Made by a program: the position numbers and the translations under genes
Source of the DNA: Williopsis jadinii
Lineage: Eukaryota
Reading direction: 5' to 3'
Assembly (NCBI GenBank): GCA_024346625.1
Contig: AP024666.1
Span: 558,001-622,000, forward strand
Length of the DNA stretch: 64,000 bases
Shown: in pieces, positions 44,927-56,436 of the stretch
Layout: every line of letters begins with the position of its first letter
Position numbering within the stretch: position 1 is the first letter of the stretch
The notes under the pieces: generated by a model
Seen by the model: the letters and a program-made list of their open reading frames with translations, nothing else
The model's database searches: none
What the model was told of the DNA's origin: nothing

Positions 44927-47900
44927 CTATAACGCTGTAGTCACAGTCATGCTTTGAGAGTTTATAAGCATTATCGGTGGTAAACCTTCAGTCCAAATTT
45001 GTAAACTCTCCATGTATTGTTTGCACTTCTCTTCCTCATAGTGCGTTCCAATCACTGGTGTTGGTAAAGTGGAAAATATCACTGGTGCATCCATGGAGAC
45101 AGTTCTCATAACATCATTCAAAATCAAATGTTGTGCCTTGGCTGGTAGATCGTTGAATGAAAGATCATTAATATCGATTTCAACCTCTTCAACAGGATCT
45201 GGTGAAGTTGGAACATCAAATTCGTACTTCTTACGCTGTCTAGAATCAGAACTTCCATTACGAGATTTCTGAAGTTCCTCACGCTTCTTCTTAGCGGAGT
45301 CTTCTGGGAAAAGCATTATTGATGGCTCATCACCAGATGCATCATCAATAACCTTCGACCTTGGGATCTTCTCGGAAGAGAAGTACGACATCTGGTTCTT
45401 TTTGGCCTTGGCTAAATTGTTGAATGTATTTATCGAAGAACTTCTGGAGCTATTGCTTGCCTTTATTATGTTCTCCAGGGAGCTGTCAACAGAACGTTTA
45501 GCCGTACAAGCAGATGTTCTCACTCTCTCAAAGTTGTCACGATTTTGATCTATTGCTTCGCTTGTACTCGAACTGTTGTCGTACTCATCTTCAGAACTCT
45601 GAGAGTCATAGTCCATAGCATCCGCAAAGCTACTGCCATGTAACTTGTTCGTGGTCATGCTAAATGATAGTCCCATTTTCTGTAACTTGGAAAGTCCGTA
45701 ACGCTTATTCTGAAGGCTGCCGACAACCTGTGGTGTAACTATACTTATTCCAGGCATATTGATATTGGTGTCGAGACCCAATTCTGATTCTCTTGCACTT
45801 TTCAGTTCACTCCACCAATCATCATCCTGCAACACCTTGTCAACTTCAGATAGACTGATATTAGAACCCTTTACAATGGTATTGTAATGTTTAAAATCTC
45901 TCAAACAAACAACTTTTATAACTGCCTTGATTCTCAAAACCTCTATGAGCTGTTTAATTCTCTGAGTTTCATTTTCGATATCATTTGGGTCTTCGATAAA
46001 CACAACGATTCTCAATCTATGTGTCTTCTTCCAGTTTGGAACAGTTGTCAAAATTGCACCTAATTGCAAGATTAGAGTATATGTATCGAAGTTGGTAGTG
46101 AGTGCTGATCTTTCTCCATTCTTGTCAAAAACCTCAGCAGACATTTGAATAGGGTATAGATCAATGAACTTACGTTTAGAGTATTTCAACTTTGGGCCTT
46201 TGCCGTTTGGTATGTCAATGTGATCAAATCCTTTGGCAACAGCAATATTCGTACGCATGAGTACCATATCCTCAATTATTGAAACCCAGTTTTGTATGCT
46301 TACTCTTTCTTCATTACGGCAAGCGTCTGTTGGCAGACTCTCCATATCAACAACTTGGGCGTTTGCCTTCTTACTGTTTGGTTGGGTCCTGTAGTGGGTA
46401 CTAATATCAAAGTACCCTAGCACAACAATGTTTGGTTTCATTCCACCCAGGCCAGACCCCAAAATAACATTTCTCACGCCCCATGGAAGTGTAGGGCCCA
46501 ATCCGATCTGTACAAACGCTTTTATCTTAGTTAGATCACGAAGTTTTAACCAAGCAGTTTCTTGTGATTTCAGTTCAGCAAAGTTTGTCTGGAAACTCTT
46601 CGTGATGATCACATGCCCAAGAATATACAACCCACCTTTCTTCAAGTTATTGCAAAATTGGATCAGATTCCATGAGCTTCGAGGGCTATCAACCAGAAGC
46701 AAAATTTGCGGTCTCCAATATTTGACGTTATCCTGTCTCAACCTTAGCAAGTACTTTCTGACTTGGTGATAGATCAAACTCTGTGAAACATCACCCCAAC
46801 TTTTTGGAGGGCACACATAATGGATGAAGATGAAGAGCAACATCAAGAAAATGATCATTAGCGATGCATAAATACCATCCACTATGAACATTGCGATGAA
46901 TGAAGATATCAGCGCAGCTAAAGCTGTGTACCAGTCAAAGTACTTGAATGAAGGTCTGAAATTTGGTGCAGACGCAATTTTCAACAGGAAACAGGCTAAA
47001 TTTGTCACTATAAAGGTCATAAGGAATGCCATGGTAATAAACGTGGCAATTTGATTGACATCTGCAAAGATGCACAGTTGTGTCAAGAACCAAGTGAACA
47101 AGATTGCTGGGATTGCATTTTGGCCTCTAACTATACTGAAAGTCTTGAGCCCTGGTATGATGGCATCCTTTGCAATGGCCTGAAGGACATTGGCAGCACC
47201 AACCACACCGACAATGACAGAGAATAGACATGTTGAAAATTCTCCGATTAGCACAAGCATCTGAGACAAGTTCACGGTCTGGACAATCTGGATGTCTTTA
47301 TGTAGCAACTTTCTCGGAACTGACATTCCCAAAGACAATATTACTAGAGAATACATCACAAATGTGAGTAAGAGTCCCCATAGTGTACCCTTTGGAATAG
47401 ATTTCGAAGGCTTTCTCAAATCACCAGACATACTAGCACCGGCAAATATACCAGCTGTTGCTGGGAAGAATATACCAAACAGATCGTTAAAGGTCTCCTT
47501 GGAGCTCATTTGGGAGCCCGCAGCACCTTTCGTGAAATGGGGCATGAGGTTCTCCTTGAATGTTTGCCAAGTTGGGCCTGTGTATAGGATGTCAAACTCT
47601 GGTACGTAGAAAGGTTTCACAAATATGGCCGATATTGGCACTGATATCGTGGCCACTATGAGCAGAACAAACAGTATTCCTCCAGCTTTGGAGACGAGTG
47701 AACTTCCAACAAGTGCAACACCTATGCAGAGTGATAGCAATATTGAAGAATACATAAACTGCCACCAATAACCTTCTGGAAGCCAATGTGCCATGATACC
47801 GTTCTCCTGTCCCAGGTTGTTTAAGAATGGTTCAATAAAACCCACAACGTTCAGACCAGAGTTCAGCACCTGTCCAATGTAAAAGACCAGGCCTATACTT

Positions 47901-48310
47901 CCTCCAAACTCAGGGCCAAGGGACCTTGAAATCATATAGTACGCACCTCCACCTCTCACTGTGCCGTTGGTAGCAATGGCACTGATGCTTAACGTAGTCA
48001 AGAGGTCAACAAAGTAGGACATGAACAAGAGCAAAAAGGTACCCAGCACCCCCATTTGACCAATGATGAATCCAAAACGTAAGAACATCAAGATGCTCAA
48101 CACGTTCAAAGCCGTGGGCATGAACACCCCGTCAAACGTACCTAGCTTACTCTGTTCACCCTTCTCCGCGGTCTCTCCATCGAGGTCATTAACTGGAATC
48201 TCTGCATGGAAGGACGCACGCCTCTGTAGATATGAGCCACGTCGTTGGTGTAAGTTCGTTGAAGATAGTAATGGCGTGCATTGCGTTGGCCTTGACGAGC
48301 TTGTACTCAT
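44927..48310 (-). CDS. VHC1: Cation-chloride cotransporter (SLC12 family)
   Basis: [73 protein letters not shown]-terminal TVTTAL. Confidence 0.95.
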   Translation of the reverse strand: MSTSSSRPTQCTPLLSSTNLHQRRGSYLQRRASFHAEIPVNDLDGETAEKGEQSKLGTFDGVFMPTALNVLSILMFLRFGFIIGQMGVLGTFLLLFMSYFVDLLTTLSISAIATNGTVRGGGAYYMISRSLGPEFGGSIGLVFYIGQVLNSGLNVVGFIEPFLNNLGQENGIMAHWLPEGYWWQFMYSSILLSLCIGVALVGSSLVSKAGGILFVLLIVATISVPISAIFVKPFYVPEFDILYTGPTWQTFKENLMPHFTKGAAGSQMSSKETFNDLFGIFFPATAGIFAGASMSGDLRKPSKSIPKGTLWGLLLTFVMYSLVILSLGMSVPRKLLHKDIQIVQTVNLSQMLVLIGEFSTCLFSVIVGVVGAANVLQAIAKDAIIPGLKTFSIVRGQNAIPAILFTWFLTQLCIFADVNQIATFITMAFLMTFIVTNLACFLLKIASAPNFRPSFKYFDWYTALAALISSFIAMFIVDGIYASLMIIFLMLLFIFIHYVCPPKSWGDVSQSLIYHQVRKYLLRLRQDNVKYWRPQILLLVDSPRSSWNLIQFCNNLKKGGLYILGHVIITKSFQTNFAELKSQETAWLKLRDLTKIKAFVQIGLGPTLPWGVRNVILGSGLGGMKPNIVVLGYFDISTHYRTQPNSKKANAQVVDMESLPTDACRNEERVSIQNWVSIIEDMVLMRTNIAVAKGFDHIDIPNGKGPKLKYSKRKFIDLYPIQMSAEVFDKNGERSALTTNFDTYTLILQLGAILTTVPNWKKTHRLRIVVFIEDPNDIENETQRIKQLIEVLRIKAVIKVVCLRDFKHYNTIVKGSNISLSEVDKVLQDDDWWSELKSARESELGLDTNINMPGISIVTPQVVGSLQNKRYGLSKLQKMGLSFSMTTNKLHGSSFADAMDYDSQSSEDEYDNSSSTSEAIDQNRDNFERVRTSACTAKRSVDSSLENIIKASNSSRSSSINTFNNLAKAKKNQMSYFSSEKIPRSKVIDDASGDEPSIMLFPEDSAKKKREELQKSRNGSSDSRQRKKYEFDVPTSPDPVEEVEIDINDLSFNDLPAKAQHLILNDVMRTVSMDAPVIFSTLPTPVIGTHYEEEKCKQYMESLQIWTEGLPPIMLINSQSMTVTTAL

Positions 48311-49657
48311 AGTGGTGTGGGGGTACTAGTATCAATGGTGTTTGAAGATGTTGCGCTGATCTAAAAAGCTAGCCCCTGTTCCTATAACCGAAGAGTCTCT
48401 CTCGTATATGGAGATCGACAGGATCAACGCACAAGACAAATAGGTAAGAGCAAAACCCTTAGACTTATAAAGGGAAAAATACAAACTTTGGGTCCTCGAG
48501 CCCTTATCTTCTCTTCCCGCACTGCTGAATGTGTTTTTTTGCTGTTTCGGCCCTCGCCTGCTTGTTTGGCTTTTGTCCGAGTATGCAGCGGCAGCTCAAA
48601 AATCCCCGTTTCGGTTTGATCCAAAAGGCACACCAAATGCACCGTGTCTTTAAACGGTTAAAAGAGCCCATCTGTGAGCTTAGGATGTATAAATTCCAGC
48701 TGAAATCTGATGACCAATGCTGAAACGGGTTCCTGGCGTATAAACAGGCGATTTGTTTCACACCAAGCAATGGATCACTTAGTTAGGTTGCTTAACTCAT
48801 TGGCATTTTGAATCTGGTTGTTGCTATACTTCTGGGGAGCAACGTACTCGTTCAGTTATCTTGACATATCTCTACATGTACACTACTGTAGCTGATAGAA
48901 CAATCACCTAGAGTGTGATATTAGATTTTATCAACAAGTGGGCTGGATCGGGCGAGGAGGAGAAAAAAAGACCTTATATAAGGGATCAACAGTTAAAAAA
49001 AGAAGCGATATATCAACCGTGTGTGGAAACCTCGCAAATCGGAGGTCCATGTGGCCTTGAGCTGTTTGAATGGTAATCCATACAGGTCAGAGTGCGATAG
49101 ATACATCATCAACTCAAAACAATCTGTGGAAAATGGTATAAAAAGAACTCTGGAGAGAGGTGAGCCAATTGTAACTAATTCTCTTGATCACAGAAGACCC
49201 ACTTCCATATATCCAGAAAGTAAGGATAATATGAAGTAAAAGACAGTAAGATAAGGTTGGACTATGAACCAATCTTTTGTGAAAGATAGTTGACCATAAT
49301 TAGTTTGACCACCTGTTTAAGAAAAAAAAAAGTAAGATAACTTGATAAGAAGGTTGAATCGAATGCAAGAAGGAAAGTTCACACAATAGTCAACAATATT
49401 CCAATACTCTGAGGGTTCGCTATGCAATGTAAATGCGGTAAAAAAAGGAAATCTTGAAGCATGTTTTGCTTTTTTTTGGAGAGTCGGATGTGGATTAAAC
49501 TCACATAGATGCTATAGGAAGCAATCTCATCAAAGACATGAAAAGCACAAACTTCAACTGTCAATGGTGCTTTGGTATACAATATCAAGCTCAAACACGG
49601 ATGACAAAGAGAATGATGAAACCCACCCATAAGACACGCTCACAAACACAGAATTTG

Positions 49658-51193
49658 TTAGCTATCTTTAGTAGCTTCTGTGACAGATTCATCCTCGTCA
49701 TCATCTTGACCAGCAGGTAAACGCTTATCGAAGGAAACAATCCATATTCCCCAGTTGTAACTTCTTCTAATTTTACCATTGACAATTTCAACTTCAGGGA
49801 AGTTTTGTAAAGCGTTCAATAGCACGTTCATATCACCACCAGTTAAACTCTTTAACTTATTAAAGTTAATGAGAACAGACAATGGAACAAATCCCTTCGA
49901 GTTCATGTTTCTTCTCAAATAGATATCCTTACCCAAGTTTTCATCAGAAAAGTAGTAACTGACAGTGCTGACGATTAATGCATTTGGATCCTGCTGGTAC
50001 GGAGTGAAAAGAGCTTGTTGTTGAACAAATTGTGGTGAAAATCCAGCACTTGCACCAGTAGGATCGAAGCCTTGAGGAACGCCATTTATAGTGGCATAAT
50101 CACCTTTCAAAGGAGAGTGGGAATTAGATCTCGATACTGGATTTTGGGGAACGCTACCAAACTGTTGTGGTGGGAATCTCTGGGTTGGAACACCATAGCT
50201 AAAGCTGTTTGGTGGTATTACCATTGGCATGTAGTAATTGTTAAATCCTGGATTGACCATTGGAATATTTTGGAACCCTCCAAAGGAATTTCTTGGGTTG
50301 AAACCCTTATTGTTGAAACGGCGTTTGTATCCACCTTGTGCATTAGGGCTTGGGAGATATGGTTCAGAATTTCTGTATTGCTTTTTGAATTGTGCACGCT
50401 GTTGATTAGAATAATTATCAATCTCCTGTTCATCGACACCATCAATAGCACCATTATTCAATGTACCACTTTTGTTCTCGCCATTGGATCCACTGGTGGT
50501 TTCATTCTCAACAGGGACGGTATTTGGAGAAGCGGATTCCTCACGGTCCGGCTCAGATGGTTTCCCACCATCTATTGAAATATTCGACATGGAGTTAGCT
50601 AACTTCTTCTCCGGCGTACTGGCATTTGTGTTTTTGCTGTGTGATTTCTTTTCTTGGCCGTTGGCGCCTTGATGATGATCATTCTTCTTGTTCTGATCCT
50701 TTCTGTGAGCCTTACTGCTAGCAGTATTCTGCTTCTTTTTACCGTTGTTTTGGTTGTTCTTTTGGCTATTGTTGTTGTTCCCAGCACCGTTGCCATTGTT
50801 ACTGTTTTTCTTCTTGCTCTGGTTGTTACCATTGTGCTGGTTCCCACCGGTACTTGAGGAAATGATGATTTCTGCATCGTACTTCACCCATTTCTCCTTC
50901 CCTGTGGACTTCACCTTTGGCATTTGAGGTGTTTGTTTGACCTTTGGAGAAGTTGTCGTCTTCAAGGCACTTTCAGCGGCGGGCCAACTCTTTTGAATCT
51001 TGGAATGGGTCAACGCCTCCTTGCTTTTAGCACTGGACACAGTGTCAGGTGTGTTTGAATCCAACGCCTTTCCCCATGGACTAACTGCTGGAACAGCTGC
51101 TGGAACCAACTTCGAAGAAGCCGCGGTAGATAGAGCTACCGTGGCAGTTTCCGGCGAAGAGGTGGATGCAATGGTTGAATTGGTAGCAGACAT
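49658..51193 (-). CDS. SRO9: La-motif RNA-binding protein (Sro9/Slf1)
   Basis: YYFSDENLGKDIYLRRNM..GFVPL La motif; LVPAAVP.VSPW and GKEKWV; Asn/Gln-rich; ATG at 51193. Confidence 0.88.
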   Translation of the reverse strand: MSATNSTIASTSSPETATVALSTAASSKLVPAAVPAVSPWGKALDSNTPDTVSSAKSKEALTHSKIQKSWPAAESALKTTTSPKVKQTPQMPKVKSTGKEKWVKYDAEIIISSSTGGNQHNGNNQSKKKNSNNGNGAGNNNNSQKNNQNNGKKKQNTASSKAHRKDQNKKNDHHQGANGQEKKSHSKNTNASTPEKKLANSMSNISIDGGKPSEPDREESASPNTVPVENETTSGSNGENKSGTLNNGAIDGVDEQEIDNYSNQQRAQFKKQYRNSEPYLPSPNAQGGYKRRFNNKGFNPRNSFGGFQNIPMVNPGFNNYYMPMVIPPNSFSYGVPTQRFPPQQFGSVPQNPVSRSNSHSPLKGDYATINGVPQGFDPTGASAGFSPQFVQQQALFTPYQQDPNALIVSTVSYYFSDENLGKDIYLRRNMNSKGFVPLSVLINFNKLKSLTGGDMNVLLNALQNFPEVEIVNGKIRRSYNWGIWIVSFDKRLPAGQDDDEDESVTEATKDS

Positions 51194-51745
51194 GATGATG
51201 GAACTCTTATGATCAGTTCTATGGATAAATTTGATATGGTTTGATATGGTGCACAAGTAACCACCTTTCCTACCGCTTCTTCCTACTACTTTTAGGTGTA
51301 TGCCTCTTGTTTTTAGTTCCCGCAATGGCTTGCGTTCTGATTTGAATAAAACCCGATTGTTTTACTACCGTTCTCTTTTTGTCAAAGTGGCAAGAAGGGT
51401 AAAAAAACAAAAACACAAAAGGGAAATTAACACGCTTGTTCTCTTTGACCAACGAAATCGTCTTGCCCTTTTCCCACCAAACCGTCTCCAATATATATTT
51501 CAGGTTCACAGAGGAGAGATATGCACTCTTTTGTGAGTATATATGTTTTAAGTGATTGTGTTCTTTCCAGAAAGGCAAAATGGAGAGGGTAAAAGGGGAA
51601 ACCGGTGGAATGTTGAAACGTCTCTACGGTTTGTTGTTTTTTTTTTCCGTCTCTCGCTCCACTCGCTCCGCTCTCTGTTTCTCTCTCTTTCGCCCGCCCT
51701 TTTGGGCACCTGTTGTTTTTCTTTTTTTCTTTCCTTTTCCCGCTC

Positions 51746-52285
51746 GGTGTTTTCATATTTACCAGAGAAATTCCAAGCACACGGTTCCCTTGTAGAAATA
51801 GGGAGCACCGAATATTGTCAACTCTAACGAGGTGGAGAGCTTAATTGATGACATTTCGTTACTTTGAGTACTATTTGTCGAGAATGAACTAGCAGGGAAA
51901 TTTCTGTGAACAGATCAGTACTATACACTACGGTAAAGCTTCCTTTTCAAATTATATTTTGAGGTCAGAGTTTCATTGATTCCAATGGTAAACCTCTCCT
52001 GGCCTCACCCACTCAAACAAAACATGATCACGCGCGCGGTTTGACAGGGAACGCGCCTACCACGCGTTTGGTAATACACACACAGTTCGACAAAGCGATG
52101 ATGGGCACAGGCATGGACAAAGTGGAATGGTTTGCTCTCTTTGTTTATACGTCATTCGTGGGTGTATACGCTTTAATGTCTATAGTGAAATGTCTCCCAA
52201 TTGAATGTACTAGATGCACTCCGTTTCATCTATGGGAATCAGTCCTTCTCCTCTATATCTAACTTACACTCATCCCATTATTAGA
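51746..52285 (+). repeat. Diverged direct repeat, copy 1
   Basis: Aligns by eye, colinearly, with 55882-56395 (e.g. tccaagcac.cggtt.ccttgtagaaat, atacactacgg, ttcaaattatat, gggcac.ggcatgg.caaagtggaat). Confidence 0.88.
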
Positions 52286-52289
52286 ATGA

Positions 52290-54375
52290 TACTTATAAAA
52301 ATAACAAACCCCCCTTCAAATTTCCCCAAATTATACAGCAATGTAGCTCTTACTCAGACTAAGAGATATACAAAGTATGATCATGTTACATTCAATACTT
52401 TCTGAGATATAACCATTCATAGTTTGTATGGTATAATCAAGAAAAACACATAAATTTGCTTATATCTCAGCAACAGAACAAAAATTGGGAAAACTGACGA
52501 GGAAAACAAAAGAACATATCCATATCATCATATATGCTAACTTTGAGCTTGATTGGATCAATGGTTGTTTTACAATAAATCACAACATTTTGCATTACAT
52601 ATGTAATTCTGATTCTTCGTTTGCCTCAGCAATCGTAAAAATGTTAGGATGTTTCTAATTTCCGCTGCATCGTTTACATTTTGAATTCTTATCAACACAA
52701 AAATGACACAAAACCAGTACAGCTTTATACACAGAATTAAGAATATCACAGAAGAATGTCCAAGAACAAAAGGTTGGACAATAAAGGCAAAAATCCCAGA
52801 GGGCGTCCAAGAAAGATTCAGAGGACTCTTACTGGGGCCATCCGACGGCGTCCTCAACCTGAAGAAGAAACATCAGCGGCTAATCCTGAACCACAGCGGC
52901 AAGCTCAAACAAATGGAGGTACGACACAATTAGAAGACCCATAAATTATTGAGACAGGCTAACTGACCTGTTATGAGAACAAGATATGGGACCAAGAAAC
53001 CTCCAAGTTCTGTCACAGAATACCCACGCAGAGATTACAGACTTACCACAACAGCCGCCAATACCTGAACCTGAACTAGATAATGGAACGATGGCTGATA
53101 GAATAAGAGATAGGCAAAGAAACGCAGCACAGGTAGCACAAAGAGCGTTAGAAGAAATTAGAAGTGATGGTGCCTTTGATTATGATCCCAACTTTGAATA
53201 CATCATTGAGGATGACACCAACGGTTTTAATGAGAATGATGATCCAGTTTATGAACAACAACAACAGCGGAGACCACGGAGACCGCAGAACTCAGTTTAT
53301 AATCCAGGTGGCCTTGAAAAGTGTTGCGATTATTGTCACGCTCTCCTTATCGATGCTGAATTACCATCTTTTTGTTGTGATAGGGGGGAAGTTTTACTCG
53401 GTTTGATATTCAAAGAACCTCCACAGTACATGAAGGATATCTTATTGGATCCAATCACGTCCAAATATTCTCGAACAATCAATACAATTCTTTCGCTATC
53501 ATCTTTGGGCTCTAACAGTACTGGTGATTCGAGAGGTAGAGCTTATTCAATGACCATCAATGGACGTTTATTACATAAAGTTGATGGTATGATAGCTCAA
53601 GAAAATGGTCAAGAGAGATTTGCAGAAATTTATACACTAGATCCAGGATTGGCTACAAATCGTCATCTTGAATTGCTTAGAGGTTTTCTTCAAAACGATG
53701 AAAAATATAATAAACTTGAGGACTACATTAGCAAAATTGGTGAATTTCGATCTCAAAACAATCGTTATGCACAGCTGTTATATACCGCTAGAGAAATTGT
53801 TCAACAGGAGATTACAGAGATGGGCTTAACAAGAGAAGGGACTATTGTTGAACTTGCCAAAATATGAGCCAACAGCACCAACAAATTCAGAACATCGTAC
53901 TTCTTTATTACTAGAGGTTTAAGAGTTTGATTTGGTGCGCAGGAACATAACAGCAAAACAGGCTTCATTTTCAGTACTTATAGAGGAAAATCTACAGGTG
54001 GGTTCACTTTTATCAATATTATGTCTAAGAGCGTTTTTTATCTTTGAGATGTGTTGTTCTAATAACTGAAGGGTGAGCCAAATCTTTTCCATACTAACGG
54101 TACACAAATTAGTATCATTCTAACATATCCACACCATACACACGCTTGTGACTACATATACGAGATCTCACGCTACAGTTTTAGAAGACTCTTTAGGCGT
54201 TAATTTCGTTAGTTTCAAAAATATCCTATCAATGAAGGACCAGACATTAAAGTCAATACCCGATGGGCCGCGCAGCGCAAGTTGATCGCGAAGGTAGCGG
54301 TGATTCGAGATTTACCGGAGCGTTAGCGGAGGTCCAAATCGCGTTTACCGTACCGAAGCACTACAGATCAACTTG
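52290..54375 (+). mobile_element. Helitron-derived element, internally deleted; ends approximate
   Basis: Rep/helicase N-terminal region plus a long hairpin at 54278-54375 ending in CTTG before a TA run. Confidence 0.7.
52756..53867 (+). pseudogene. Truncated Helitron RepHel N-terminus (probable exons 52756-52918 and 52984-53867)
   Basis: CDYCHALLIDAELPSFCCDRGEV.L....PP..M...SRTINTILSLSSLG...YSMTINGRLLHKV..M....G..RFAEIYTLD matches the Helitron pattern C..C.A....E....CC..G...PP...R.YN..F.F.S.G...I.G..YH.IG.L.....FAQLYI.D. AT-hook RGRPRK in exon 1. No HUH or helicase motifs remain. Confidence 0.85.
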
Positions 54376-54441
54376 TATATATATATATATTTAAACAGAT
54401 ATAAAAAAGGTTGTGATCTAGTAATGACCTTCTGTATTGAT

Positions 54442-55538
54442 TCACTTCTCTTTTGCAGAACTCTCGCTAGACACATTCGCTTCAGAATCATGGTTCTCTG
54501 ATCCGTCATCGTCAAACTCATTATCTGGGATATCAGATTCTTCGGATACAAACTCTTCAAAAGAATCCATACCTTCCTGTAACTCTAATATTTTCACCAC
54601 GCTTTTCTTCACCAATTCAGCCCTTGCTTTTTGTTCGGCAATCAGAGGCAAAGTTTCAGCGATGCTATCTCTTGATTCTGTGTTAGACATCAAGGTAAGA
54701 CTTTCATTGATAGCTTTGACAAGAGTAGCTTTATATTCTTTTTTCTCCTTGATTGACTTCTCACGCATCATTATTTCCTTTTTAAGGTCTTGCTTTTTCT
54801 GTAGTAGAGAAGGTGAAAGATAGTCTTCTTATACTTCTTTCTCTTTTCCTCCAGAAGTTGTTTCAACTCCCTGTCACCGTTCAAGCCGATATCATCACAG
54901 TCAAAGAGTTTGCTCAAGACCCTGAAAAGAACAAAATCAGCATCTAACTCTAGTAGAGCGTCCAACTCTGAAAGGCTTCCGATCACCTGTTCTCTCATGT
55001 ATTGATTTCTTCTAGCATGATACAAGTGAAATTCATCGTTGCAGCATTGGCTCAAAATTTTGAGAAGTCAAACCTTATGCTTGCTGGCTATGCTCGAAAT
55101 ACGACAATCGTAGTAAAACTGGAGATAAAACTCTTCATCATCACACACGGTGGCTGTCGTTGGACCTGTTTTTGTGCGTTTAGCAGTACGAATTCTCTCA
55201 TGAATTCTCTCACCTCTGTCGTAAGCTTGATTTTTCAACTTGTTAAGCCTGGCAACTGGTATTGCGGTAGCACTCCTAACTTTTGTCCATGCTCTAGATA
55301 GTTCAATACCGACGAGAAAGTCAACATGAATATCCAACAGTTCTTGTACGGCCTCTTTTTGTTCTTCCTGCCTAAGTTTGAGATAAGGTTTTCTATCACC
55401 GTTATTGATCGAGGTATCCGCTTAGTCCGAAGAACTTTGTTATGTCATGTCGATATGCTCAATCCTTGGAGGAGTAGTGACACCTTGATGCAAAACAAGT
55501 AGCGCGTCTCTTGGTGATGAAGCCTCTGGAACCGCCAT
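54442..55538 (-). pseudogene. Disabled orphan gene (~365 codons)
   Basis: ATG 55538 is in frame with track ORFs 55068-55337 and 54771-55055 across three stops; one frameshift near 54830 links to 54442-54771 (acidic C-tail). Confidence 0.7.
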
Positions 55539-55881
55539 GGACTAACCTTTAAACTCTGAGCTTCAGCATTCAGTCCCAGCATTTCCGACCATCACCCCAT
55601 ATAGTCAGACACCATAGAAATCCCCATTATACATCCAATTAGGCGGATGTTGAGGCATCCTGATTCTACTTGACGTTTACTACTAGTAGTATCGAAAGTG
55701 GGATCAGACGTGTAAATTTTTGAAGGGAGCCCTTTTTTCCACTCCTTCTGATTTCTTTTGTACATGATATCCACAGCAACGAGGCACAAAAGAGAAACAA
55801 AAGACGCAAAGAGCTCGTGCGTTTTGCGAAAACCGCCGGCATCAGCGTGCAGGCCAGACGCAAGGCAAAATTTTCAATTTT

Positions 55882-56395
55882 GGTCTTTCATTTATAGCAG
55901 GTAAACTCCAAGCACGCGGTTTCCTTGTAGAAATTAGGCAGAATCAAATATGGCCAACTGTAACAAGATGGGAAGCTCAAATGGCAACGCACGTCATTTT
56001 CAGTACTATTCGTAGAAAACAAATTAACAGGGAAATCTCTGCGAACAGATTAGGTTGATACACTACGGCAAGACTTCTTCTTCAAATTATATATTGATGT
56101 CCGATTTGCATTGATTTTTGTGTTTAACCCCCCCCCCCGCACACACACACAACGGAAACACATCCATGCGTTTAGTAATAGCAACATATTTCAACAAAGC
56201 CATAAAGGGCACGGGCATGGTCAAAGTGGAATAATTTGATCTCCTTGTGTCTATGTCACTCCTTAGTGTGAGTGCTTCAACGTGTGTAAAGAAATATCCC
56301 CCCCCCCCAATTGACTGTACTGGACACGCTCCCCTTCATTCATGACTACCATTCCTTCTCTTCTATGTGTAGCCTAACTTCATACCATTATAAGG
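55882..56395 (+). repeat. Diverged direct repeat, copy 2 (contains two poly-C runs)
   Basis: Colinear with 51746-52285. Confidence 0.88.
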
Positions 56396-56436
56396 GCAGT
56401 ATAGACCCTTGATTCTATATATTATTCGGTTATCTC

